This document shows positions 25,519 through 33,525 of a stretch of 33,525 bases of DNA, piece by piece. Under the pieces are notes generated by a model. The model worked only from the letters and a program-made list of their open reading frames with translations. It was not told the origin of the DNA and made no database searches. The DNA is taken from the NCBI GenBank assembly GCA_964584385.1, contig CAZOZW010000010.1:9946-43470 (forward strand), in the 5' to 3' direction. The translations under genes and the position numbers were made by a program. Positions within the stretch are counted from its first letter, which is position 1. Each line of letters begins with the position of its first letter. The DNA is from an uncultured Candidatus Peribacteria bacterium. GTDB lineage: Bacteria; Patescibacteriota; Gracilibacteria; CAIRYL01; GCA-016699755.

Positions 25519-25707
25519 ATGGCAAGACAATATCAAGAATCTATCGATGATGTACGATATTCGGTGTCATACCCTGAAAGAAAGTCTCATTATCCCGAGC
25601 CCAAAAAGTGCCCGCACTGTGCAGGCACCGGCAACGGTGAGATGACCGAATGGGGTTTTACCGATTCATGTAGTCATTGTCGCGGAGAGAAAAGATATGT
25701 GAGGTAA
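25519..25707 (+). CDS. Zinc-finger miniprotein (62 aa) with a DnaJ-type CxxCxGxG motif
   Basis: ORF trimmed to ATG 25519, which follows SD GGGGAG. CPHCAGTG ... CSHCRGEK. Confidence 0.6.
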   Translation: MARQYQESIDDVRYSVSYPERKSHYPEPKKCPHCAGTGNGEMTEWGFTDSCSHCRGEKRYVR

Positions 25708-25723
25708 AAGAATGATCTCGATG

Positions 25724-25756
25724 GAGTCGCGTATATTTGCGACTTCATCCTCTTTT
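25724..25756 (+). terminator. Rho-independent terminator
   Basis: Stem GAGTCGC/GCGACTT (one G.U pair) with an 8-nt loop, followed by catcctctttt. Confidence 0.6.
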
Positions 25757-25766
25757 GATTTTATAA

Positions 25767-25808
25767 AATACTGCATTAATACGGTGATCTGCGTTTAAAT
25801 GCAGTATT
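25767..25808. repeat. 42-bp palindromic element, copy E
   Basis: aatactgcattaa tacggtgatctgcgtt taaatgcagtatt. Confidence 0.9.
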
Positions 25809-26104
25809 TTTTAATATGAAACGGAGCAGGTTGCCCTCGCCGTATTCCTACCGCACACCAGCTCCTGCTGCAGTCGTATTATTTATATTGATAGTCGGTA
25901 TTTCGTTCAGCCATAAGAAATGTTTAAGCCAGTGTGCCCATACTCCCATATATCGAATACGCATAAAACGTCGCGATTGTGTGAAGTGTATCGCACCCGC
26001 TCCGGCGAAGTTTAGAATCGTAATTCGTAATTCGATATTCTTAATTCTTACCCTTCGTAAATCTTAAATCAGACTTCTTACATCTGTTTTGCCGTTATTC
26101 CAAC

Positions 26105-28411
26105 CTATATCTGAATCATCCGCTGTTGGTGCTCGCGAATCGTCTCTAATCTACTTGCCGGTATCACCTTTAATAATTCTTCATCGGTGGCTTGCAAAAT
26201 CGCCTGTACGCTACCAAAGGCTTTCAGCAACGTTTGGCGGGTTTTTGTTCCAATACCGGGTATTTCATCTAATTGCGATTTTGTTTCGGCGGCTTTGCGT
26301 TGCTGCTTGTTAAACGTTACGGCAACGCGGTGGGCTTCATCGCGGATTTCTTGCAGCAATAAATTCTCGGGCGCTTCTTGCGGAATGGGTAATGGTTCGC
26401 CGCTACCGGGGATGTAGATTTCTTCGTTACGTTTGGCGATAGAACAAACCGGGATTTTGCGGAACAGGTTGTATTTGCGTAAAACTTTTACCACTGATGA
26501 AAGCTGACCCTTACCGCCGTCGATCACGAGCAGATCGGGGATTTTTTGGATCGCTTTACGCAAATCGTTCGGAACGACTTTCATCACGATCATTTCGACA
26601 TCTTCATCTTTTTTCCGCTGATCGATTTTTGCCTGAAACGCCTTTGGTGGTTTTTTCTCTTCGTTAAACCCAATCGATTTGAGCGAAACTTTCCAGCGGA
26701 GGCGCTCTTTGCGAATAAACGCACGGATGATCTTTTCGTCAGAATGCAGTACCAACGTTTTGATGATCTCGGTGCCCATGCCGCCGGTGCGAAATTCGGG
26801 CAGTACGATCACCCCGCCGATCTCGGCCATTTTGCCCCAACGACGGATACGGGCGTAGCCAACGGTTTTGCCGGTGATCTGTTCGATGAATGCATATTGC
26901 TGTTCGCAGTCTTTGCCGCTTAATAAACCGGCTTCTTCGAGTTCTTTATCGATCTCTTTTACCCGTTCGGGGTCGGTGATCTGTTCGCAGCGCAAAATCT
27001 CCACACCGCGTTCGAGCTTGCGTAATCGTCTGCCAAGCAATTCGGCCATTGCCGCAAAGTCATCGATCTTGCCTTTGGGCAAACTGCGCATTTTATATTT
27101 GCGATATTCGCCCTTGGCAGGTTTGCCATCTATAAATACCACGCGCGAACCAACCGGGTGTGTGCCCGATAAATGGCTGATGTCGTAGCATTCGATGCGT
27201 TCGGGCAAGCGGGGGAGTTCGAGCGCTTTTTTAAGATCTTCTAAGACTTCGGTCTTTTGGAATGATGCTCGGGTGTTGAGTGCTTGTAGGTTGGCGTTTT
27301 TACATGCCAGTTCTAAAAGTTCTTTCTTTTTCGCTTTTTGCGGGATGCGTACTTCTACTTTGTGCCCGCCAATGGTAGCGGCATATTCGCTCCAGCTGGT
27401 ACATTCTTCGTTGGTGTACAAATCGGGGATGATGATCAGCGGTGGGATCTCACTCGCAAGTGAGAGGTAGTCGCGCAAAAAGGCGGCAAAAGTTTCGTTG
27501 CGGGTTTCGGCATTTTGCAGGACAAAATTCTCGCTGCGAATAATCTTCCCGTGGCGTATGTAAAACACATGAAAGAATGATTTTTCGCGCTCGTTGGCAA
27601 AACCGATGATATCTGCCGAGAAATTCTCGACCACCGATGCCGCTTGGCGCACATCCATTTCCTCAACACCGTTTAATAAATCGCGAAACCGCGCCGCCCG
27701 TTCAAACTCCTTTTTTTCAGCGGCGAGCATCATCTCCAGTTTCATCCTTCGTTTCACCGATGTCGTCTTTCCCCGTAAAAAATCGGCCAGTTCCATCACC
27801 TCTTCGTGGTAGTCGTGCATACTGATCCTATTATCGCAAGGCGCTGTACAACGGTGGATTTGGTAATCTAAACAGGGGATTTTGCGTTTTTCGGGATTAC
27901 TCGTAACCGTACCCCCCGGGCTGATACCAACCTTGCAGGTGCGGAACTGCAATACCTCACGCAAAAAATCGAGCGTTTTGCGAATATGACTCGCCTTTAC
28001 GTATGGCCCGAAATACATCGCGCCATCTTCTTCTTTTTTACGGGTGAACTCCACACGCGGATACGCCTCTTTGCCGATCTTCACATATAAAAAGTGTTTA
28101 TCGTCGCGCAGTACCACATTGAACGGCGGCTGCTCGTTATGGATCAAATTCGCCTCGAGCAATAGCGCTTCGGTTTCGCTTTGGGTCACCACCCATTGAA
28201 TATTGGTGATTTTTTCGACGAGCTTACGCGTGCGTGCGCCATGATTTGCAGATTTATGAAAATAGCTGCGTACTCGGTTTTTCAAGATCTTTGCCTTGCC
28301 GACATACAATAGATCTCCACTCGCATCATAAAACCGGTACACTCCCGGTGAATCGGGGAGCTTGTTGAGGAGTACGCCGATCTCTTTGGGGAGATCTGGG
28401 TTTTGGTTCAT
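26105..28411 (-). CDS. uvrC: Excinuclease ABC subunit C (UvrC) with an internal GNAT-like insertion
   Basis: ORF trimmed to ATG 28411. GIY-YIG N-terminus (GVYRFYD..LLYVGKA), a UVR domain, IECYDISHL, DGGKGQL and a C-terminal HhH2 (IPGIGTKT). 768 aa, against about 600 for a typical UvrC. Confidence 0.9.
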   Translation of the reverse strand: MNQNPDLPKEIGVLLNKLPDSPGVYRFYDASGDLLYVGKAKILKNRVRSYFHKSANHGARTRKLVEKITNIQWVVTQSETEALLLEANLIHNEQPPFNVVLRDDKHFLYVKIGKEAYPRVEFTRKKEEDGAMYFGPYVKASHIRKTLDFLREVLQFRTCKVGISPGGTVTSNPEKRKIPCLDYQIHRCTAPCDNRISMHDYHEEVMELADFLRGKTTSVKRRMKLEMMLAAEKKEFERAARFRDLLNGVEEMDVRQAASVVENFSADIIGFANEREKSFFHVFYIRHGKIIRSENFVLQNAETRNETFAAFLRDYLSLASEIPPLIIIPDLYTNEECTSWSEYAATIGGHKVEVRIPQKAKKKELLELACKNANLQALNTRASFQKTEVLEDLKKALELPRLPERIECYDISHLSGTHPVGSRVVFIDGKPAKGEYRKYKMRSLPKGKIDDFAAMAELLGRRLRKLERGVEILRCEQITDPERVKEIDKELEEAGLLSGKDCEQQYAFIEQITGKTVGYARIRRWGKMAEIGGVIVLPEFRTGGMGTEIIKTLVLHSDEKIIRAFIRKERLRWKVSLKSIGFNEEKKPPKAFQAKIDQRKKDEDVEMIVMKVVPNDLRKAIQKIPDLLVIDGGKGQLSSVVKVLRKYNLFRKIPVCSIAKRNEEIYIPGSGEPLPIPQEAPENLLLQEIRDEAHRVAVTFNKQQRKAAETKSQLDEIPGIGTKTRQTLLKAFGSVQAILQATDEELLKVIPASRLETIREHQQRMIQI

Positions 28412-28534
28412 GAAGACGCGGGCGAAGAGTTTCGTTAAAGATTTTAACATTGTTTTCAACTGCAATAAAAGTTGATTAAATCGGCTTTTGTAGCGTAAAA
28501 GGCGTGCAGTTTTACTTCGTTTTGGTGGGTGTTG

Positions 28535-29251
28535 TCAATTGTTTTTTGGTTCCTGATTGCCAAATCCTTCATGTTTAATGCAGTTTTGTATGTCGTTCGC
28601 ACATTGTTCATCGGTAAAAAGTCGCATTGCAAACGGATATACCTGAGCCGATTCGTCAGTTTTTTTATGCATTGCTTTGAGTTCGTAGCACTTTTGCCAT
28701 AATTGCATGCATCGTACGACGGTGGCATTTATCGTTGCATCGATGATTACACCGTTTTGCTTATCGCCACAATCTTCACCCTGTTTCAAAAAAATATATT
28801 GCGGCATGAATGGCACTTTATTCAAAAAGCGTACGAATGTACCATTTCTTTTGTCGATGATCTCGTCGATCTGATCTGAGATCACATATTTATAATCATA
28901 ATAATCAACGACTGTGCTGATCCAAACAATAGGATCTTTGATCAACAAGTATTTGTTTTCGCGAACAGCTCTGCGTGATTTTTTCTCTACATTCTGACAG
29001 ACCGGTTCTTTTACTTCCATAAGCAAAATTTGATTTTTGCCGATAAACTCATTCACTAAACTCCGGTTTTGTTGGAGCGAATCGTACAAATCAGGCTTAA
29101 TTGGATATGAAGTGCTGATGGTTTCGCCGAGCGTGGCTGAATGGATTTGCTCGAATAATCTTTGATTATACAAAACCATCTGACCCGCTTGCTCTCTTGC
29201 TTTTTTGCTTGCCGGTAATTGCGCTGCGCGGTGTTTTTCGATTGTGTTCAT
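28535..29251 (-). CDS. Hypothetical protein (238 aa)
   Basis: Long ORF. ATG 29251 is preferred over GTG 29290. No recognised motif. Confidence 0.55.
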   Translation of the reverse strand: MNTIEKHRAAQLPASKKAREQAGQMVLYNQRLFEQIHSATLGETISTSYPIKPDLYDSLQQNRSLVNEFIGKNQILLMEVKEPVCQNVEKKSRRAVRENKYLLIKDPIVWISTVVDYYDYKYVISDQIDEIIDKRNGTFVRFLNKVPFMPQYIFLKQGEDCGDKQNGVIIDATINATVVRCMQLWQKCYELKAMHKKTDESAQVYPFAMRLFTDEQCANDIQNCIKHEGFGNQEPKNN

Positions 29252-29412
29252 CGGCGGAGTAAAACGTTGGTGAATATTGCGCACATTCACAACCCGGGCG
29301 AGTCGTTCATCAAAAATTCAAGATAACTCGAATAAGGCATGGTATATCAACAAATAAGTTGAGATATGTCAAATATTCGTGTAAAATAGAAATTGAAACT
29401 ATATTTTTCATC

Positions 29413-29550
29413 ATGAAAAAAACAAACAATAAACCGAGCGAAATCGATCAGCTCCGCTTGCAGCTCCGCCATACTCAAGAGATTGTCTTACTCGGACTCT
29501 TTATTCTTGGCGTTGGCGTATTTGCTCTTTTAATGGGGGTTAACCTCTAG
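29413..29550 (+). CDS. Possible tail-anchored miniprotein (45 aa)
   Basis: MKKTNNKPSEIDQLRLQLRHTQE followed by the TM segment IVLLGLFILGVGVFALLMGV. No clear SD. Confidence 0.35.
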   Translation: MKKTNNKPSEIDQLRLQLRHTQEIVLLGLFILGVGVFALLMGVNL

Positions 29551-29704
29551 TACTGCAAGAAAGAGACTTTCGTATACAAAAATTTGCCGAAGGCGCTTTT
29601 CATCCCCCTTTCGTAAAGGGGGAATTCAAGGGGGATTTTCGAGATTGAATTTGCTGGTCTATTCGTTTAAAGCAGAGAGAAGTCAAAGAAGGCACTTCCT
29701 TATT

Positions 29705-30763
29705 TTAGGTAGTGTTTTCGAGCGTTAAGAGGGGAATCTCGAACTCGGTAAAGGCGCGACTCGGCACATCGGTTGCGGTAATAAGCACTTGGTGCCCGTA
29801 AACGGCTTCGAATAAATGTCGCCGACGATCGGCATCCAGTTCCGAAAACACGTCGTCGAGCAGTAAGATCGGACGGTTTTTCGTCTGCTTTTCGATATAC
29901 TCTTTTTCCGCCAACTTGAGCGATAACACGGCGCTGCGCACCTCACCGCGTGAACCGGTAGATTCAAGCGATTGCCCATCGAGATGAAACTCAAAATCGT
30001 CGTGATGGGCGCCATGTGTCGTACTTTTGCGAAGCAGGTCGATCGAATACGATTCTTTTAGTTTTTGCGCCAGCTCGGCTTCGGTATCGGGGCAAAAGCG
30101 TACCCGTAATTCTTTCGTTGTCCCCGAAATCCGCGCATAATGGCGTTGTATCGATTGTTCACTATTCGCAAAAAAATCTCCCCTTTGCTTAGTTACTTCT
30201 GCCGAAGAAATCGCCAACTCAAGGTCGTAAAAATCCAGTTCGTTTTTTTGCGCCAGCCCATCGGCAATCCGTTTGAGTAATGCATTGCGGTTTTTCAAAA
30301 CCTCTTCAAAACGCCGCAAGCTCCTATAGTGCGACGGAAAGAGCGGAACGAGCAATCTGTTCAAAAACCTTCGGCGATGGGTTGGCGAGGCATAAGGGAG
30401 TTGCATTTCTTCAGGCGAGAACAGTACGGCAAAAAAATCTTTTTTGCTTAAGTATTCTGGCGTACTCAGTTTTACATCATTCTTGCTGAGGCGATTTTGC
30501 GTTCGCGGCTTTAAGGCGTATGCCATACGCAAGGTTTCGGTTTCTGCTTTCAGTTCGATCTCGCCGAAATCTTCACCGTGTTGAATTACTTCGCGCATGT
30601 GGCGAGAACGAAACGAACGAGTAGTGGCAATCAGAAATACCGCCTCTAAAATCGAGGTTTTGCCGCTGCCATTACTCCCCGTAATAAATAAGCCATTCGG
30701 CGCAATATCTGCAGAAAAAGACTGATGATTGCGGATGTTTTGAAAGGCAATCTGCTCAAGCAT
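29705..30763 (-). CDS. recF: DNA replication and repair protein RecF
   Basis: ORF trimmed to ATG 30763 (MLEQIAFQNIRNH). Walker A GSNGSGKTSILEA, signature SRGE, Walker B LLLDDVFSELD. Confidence 0.9.
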   Translation of the reverse strand: MLEQIAFQNIRNHQSFSADIAPNGLFITGSNGSGKTSILEAVFLIATTRSFRSRHMREVIQHGEDFGEIELKAETETLRMAYALKPRTQNRLSKNDVKLSTPEYLSKKDFFAVLFSPEEMQLPYASPTHRRRFLNRLLVPLFPSHYRSLRRFEEVLKNRNALLKRIADGLAQKNELDFYDLELAISSAEVTKQRGDFFANSEQSIQRHYARISGTTKELRVRFCPDTEAELAQKLKESYSIDLLRKSTTHGAHHDDFEFHLDGQSLESTGSRGEVRSAVLSLKLAEKEYIEKQTKNRPILLLDDVFSELDADRRRHLFEAVYGHQVLITATDVPSRAFTEFEIPLLTLENTT

Positions 30764-30774
30764 TTTTCTGTTGT

Positions 30775-31275
30775 TTAATCTTCGAGTAAAGCGCGTGCGT
30801 ATTGTTTGAGAATACTCTTGATCTTCGCTTCGTAGAATTTTTGCCAGACATAGCCCACGAGTCCGCCGAATACCGCTGCCAAACATACGGTAAGCAGGAG
30901 TAAGGCAGGAACATCATTGCCGAGGAAGATCACCAACGCTAAACCTACTACAAGCCCCACTAGCATCGGCCCCGCCCAGTATTTATTCTTCGTCTCGTCG
31001 GTGGTGGCATTCGGCAGATTTGCCAAGCGCAATACGGTGTTCGTTTTTAAAATGACTCCTTCGCCGCCTTTGTCTTTGAGCAATTCCTCGATATCTTTTT
31101 TTTGCAAGGTGTCGATGATCTCAGCAAGATGCACTTCTACAAATTTACTCGAAAGGGTGACATTACCCGAAAATTCGGTGGGGTCATCGGGTTCGTATTT
31201 AAAGTTAACCGGCCGGACGCGAAAGGGGATTTTTCCCATGGGTGAAAGAATGCTATTTCTCATACATGATTCCAT
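30775..31275 (-). CDS. Hypothetical membrane protein (166 aa): soluble N-domain plus two C-terminal TMs
   Basis: ORF immediately upstream of recF with an 11-nt gap. The start is uncertain (31275, 31263 or 31239). Confidence 0.55.
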   Translation of the reverse strand: MESCMRNSILSPMGKIPFRVRPVNFKYEPDDPTEFSGNVTLSSKFVEVHLAEIIDTLQKKDIEELLKDKGGEGVILKTNTVLRLANLPNATTDETKNKYWAGPMLVGLVVGLALVIFLGNDVPALLLLTVCLAAVFGGLVGYVWQKFYEAKIKSILKQYARALLED

Positions 31276-31358
31276 ATTTTTTATAAAAACGCAAAAAAAG
31301 AGCTGGCATTGTAATGCGTAAAAGCTCTACAATAGACAAGAAAACCACACGCGAGATT

Positions 31359-32192
31359 ATGAAAAATATACTGCTGTTCGGGGCGCAAGGCATGTTGGGT
31401 TCTGAGCTGTTCGAGCAACTGACCGCAAACGAGAATTTTAACGTAACTCCTTTGGCACGGTTTAATTACGACCTGCATTTTCCCGAAGATATCGAATTGG
31501 CGTTCGAAGAACAAAACCCCGATATCGTTATCAACTGCGCGGCATATAGCAATGTCGACCTGGCAGAAAACCCCGAAAACGAAAAAGAGGTTTTTTCGCT
31601 CAACACCAGGGCACCGGCGGTAATGGCTGCCGAATGCGGCAAAAAGAAAATCCCCTTATTCCCTTTTTCAACCGATTACGTCTTTAATGGTGAAAAAGCC
31701 CCTTACGACGAATCTTCTAATCCCGACCCGATTAACGTTTATGGCGAGTCGAAGCTCGATGGCGAAATGGCGATTTGGGAGTTTTGTGAAACGGCGATCA
31801 TCATCCGTACCAGCCGCTTGTATGGCAAAGGACGCGATAATTTTATTCATTCAACAATCCGCAAAGCAAAGAAAAATCAGCCGATTGTGGCGATCAACGA
31901 TGAGATTGGGTGCTTTACCTATTGTAACGATCTTGCCGAAGAAGTGGTTTTAATGATTGAAGATGAAGAATTTACACCCGGCGTGATCCATTTAGTAGGT
32001 GAAGATGCGGCAACGCCACTGCAAGTCGCCGAAGCGATCGTTGCAAAAACCGGCTCCGCTTCAGAAATCAAACCAATTACCGGTGAGTCGCTTAAACGCG
32101 CGGCTGTTCGCCCGAAAAACTCCACTCTCATCACCAATCGTGCCGAAAGCCTGCGCGGGTACAATGCGGTACTCGACGAATTGTTGTCGTAA
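31359..32192 (+). CDS. rfbD: dTDP-4-dehydrorhamnose reductase
   Basis: ORF trimmed to ATG 31359. Rossmann motif LLFGAQGMLGS, then STDYVFNG and YGESKLDGE (the YxxxK catalytic motif). Confidence 0.85.
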   Translation: MKNILLFGAQGMLGSELFEQLTANENFNVTPLARFNYDLHFPEDIELAFEEQNPDIVINCAAYSNVDLAENPENEKEVFSLNTRAPAVMAAECGKKKIPLFPFSTDYVFNGEKAPYDESSNPDPINVYGESKLDGEMAIWEFCETAIIIRTSRLYGKGRDNFIHSTIRKAKKNQPIVAINDEIGCFTYCNDLAEEVVLMIEDEEFTPGVIHLVGEDAATPLQVAEAIVAKTGSASEIKPITGESLKRAAVRPKNSTLITNRAESLRGYNAVLDELLS

Positions 32193-32199
32193 TCGATCT

Positions 32200-33471
32200 A
32201 TGAAATCTGTCATTAAAAACATCGGGTTTAAGCTACTGCTTTCGCGAGCGCGCAAAGTACTCGCCCAAAAACCGGAGATTATCGGCATTACCGGTTCGGT
32301 CGGAAAAACGAGTACCAGAGCTGCTATTACCGCAGTGCTCAGCAAAAAGTATATCGTTAGTTCTCATCCGGCTAATTTTAACACGCCGGTTGGCTTGCTC
32401 CTTTCTATTCTCGAAATCGACGACTATGCAACATCGATCACTGGTTGGATCAAGCTTGTGTGGCATGCCTACCGTAAGCCACTGCCCAAACCCGAAATCC
32501 TTGTGTTAGAATTCGGCATCGACGCCCCCCAAGACATGGAGCGCTTGCTTTCGGTAGCCCAGCCCGATATCGCCGTTATTGCCCCGATTGCCGGTGTTCA
32601 CCTGGGCGAGAAGCAGTTTTCGACTGTTGCTCAAATCCGAGAAGAAAAACTCAAGCTCGCTCATGCAGCCAGACAGTTTGTTATTGGGAACGGATTCGAC
32701 CACGAAACGACACATAAACTCAACGATGAATTGCCCGATCAATGCCGGTTTTTTGGCGCAACGGCAACTTCGCATTACCGACTCGACGATATTTCGATCG
32801 GCAACTTGGGAACAACTTTTCGCATTGATGAAGAGTACTATTTTGTTCCGGTGTACGGAAAGTTTCAGCCACAGATATTTGCGCCGGCGATTATTCTCGG
32901 TCAATTGAAGTCGGTGAATGCTGCCGATATCAAATCTGCCCTTTCGCATTTTCAGCCGCCGGCCGGACGTGGACGCATTATACCGGCAAAGCAGAACTCT
33001 GTCGTGTGGGATTTTTCATATAACAGCTCGCCGATCGCCGCCCAAGCCGCGTTGTTCGCCCTGCCGGAGATTCCCGGGTATTCGCGTAAAATCGCACTTT
33101 TAGGGCAGATGAACGAACTCGGTAATCGTGCGATCAAAGAACATCTGCTATTGGCGAAGATCGCCACTGAACAAGCTGATGTGATTATATTCGTTGGCGG
33201 ATACGACCAAGAGTTCGAGGCGGGTGTTGATTCGAAAAAACCACTGTATTGCTTTTCAAATGCGCACGAAGCCGGCACTTTTTTACAGACTTTTCTTGAA
33301 GAGTACGATTTTGTTTTAGTGAAGGGTTCGCAAACGAATGTGTATCTCGAAGGGGCAATCGAGCAGATCCTCGCAAATCCAGCCGATAAAAAACTGCTCT
33401 GTCGCCGATCGGATCACTGGGAAAGCGTTCGCCAAAAACATTTTTCAGCGCAAAACAGCGTTCATGAATAA
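32200..33471 (+). CDS. murF: Mur ligase, MurF-like (UDP-MurNAc-tripeptide--D-Ala-D-Ala ligase)
   Basis: ORF 31999.. trimmed to ATG 32200, which lies 7 nt after the rfbD stop. P-loop GITGSVGKTSTR, GRGR, and MNELG. Confidence 0.7.
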   Translation: MKSVIKNIGFKLLLSRARKVLAQKPEIIGITGSVGKTSTRAAITAVLSKKYIVSSHPANFNTPVGLLLSILEIDDYATSITGWIKLVWHAYRKPLPKPEILVLEFGIDAPQDMERLLSVAQPDIAVIAPIAGVHLGEKQFSTVAQIREEKLKLAHAARQFVIGNGFDHETTHKLNDELPDQCRFFGATATSHYRLDDISIGNLGTTFRIDEEYYFVPVYGKFQPQIFAPAIILGQLKSVNAADIKSALSHFQPPAGRGRIIPAKQNSVVWDFSYNSSPIAAQAALFALPEIPGYSRKIALLGQMNELGNRAIKEHLLLAKIATEQADVIIFVGGYDQEFEAGVDSKKPLYCFSNAHEAGTFLQTFLEEYDFVLVKGSQTNVYLEGAIEQILANPADKKLLCRRSDHWESVRQKHFSAQNSVHE

Positions 33472-33525
33472 TGGTGACATATTGCAATCATCACAAAAAT
33501 ACAGTTTTATATTTTTACGATTTTT

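Noticed and set aside
25816-26067. An 83-aa ORF in the long gap upstream of the uvrC 3' end.
   Set aside because: It has no SD and a Pro/Arg/Ile-rich, low-complexity-like composition. It overlaps the tandem heptamer repeats. It is treated as non-coding and as a possible ncRNA region instead.
29551-29704. Runs of CCCCC/GGGGG (ccccctttcgtaaaggggg aattcaa ggggg) that could form alternative hairpins resembling an attenuator.
   Set aside because: It lies between two convergent gene ends (29550 plus strand, 29705 minus strand), so it is most simply a bidirectional terminator region. There is no downstream gene to attenuate.

Overview
33.5-kb bacterial chromosomal window, standard genetic code, tightly packed: about 45 protein genes and one tRNA-Ser. 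There is no rRNA, CRISPR array, transposase or integrase. The backbone is housekeeping. It includes DNA repair and replication genes (recO, ligA, uvrC, recF), envelope genes (ftsX, murE-like, murF-like, rfbD, a phosphohexomutase), truB, ridA, and a sigma-70 region-4/HARE-HTH protein. The gene mix and the orphan-rich gene content fit a small-genome lineage such as Patescibacteria/CPR; this is inference only. Several things stand out against this backbone. (1) A 42-bp palindromic element, AATACTGCATTWA-N16-TTAATGCAGTATT, occurs six times in intergenic gaps, usually just after a canonical terminator. (2) Seven small three-TM membrane proteins with no visible sequence similarity sit in tandem between truB and ligA (18.8-22.4 kb), mostly as separate promoter/terminator units. 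(3) Six small soluble orphan proteins form a second island (5.8-9.6 kb), and two of them share a homologous promoter-leader module. (4) UvrC carries a roughly 150-aa GNAT-like insertion. (5) A 160-bp direct repeat brackets a secreted pectate-lyase-fold gene that looks leaderless. All calls come from reading the sequence and the ORF track; no database search was run.
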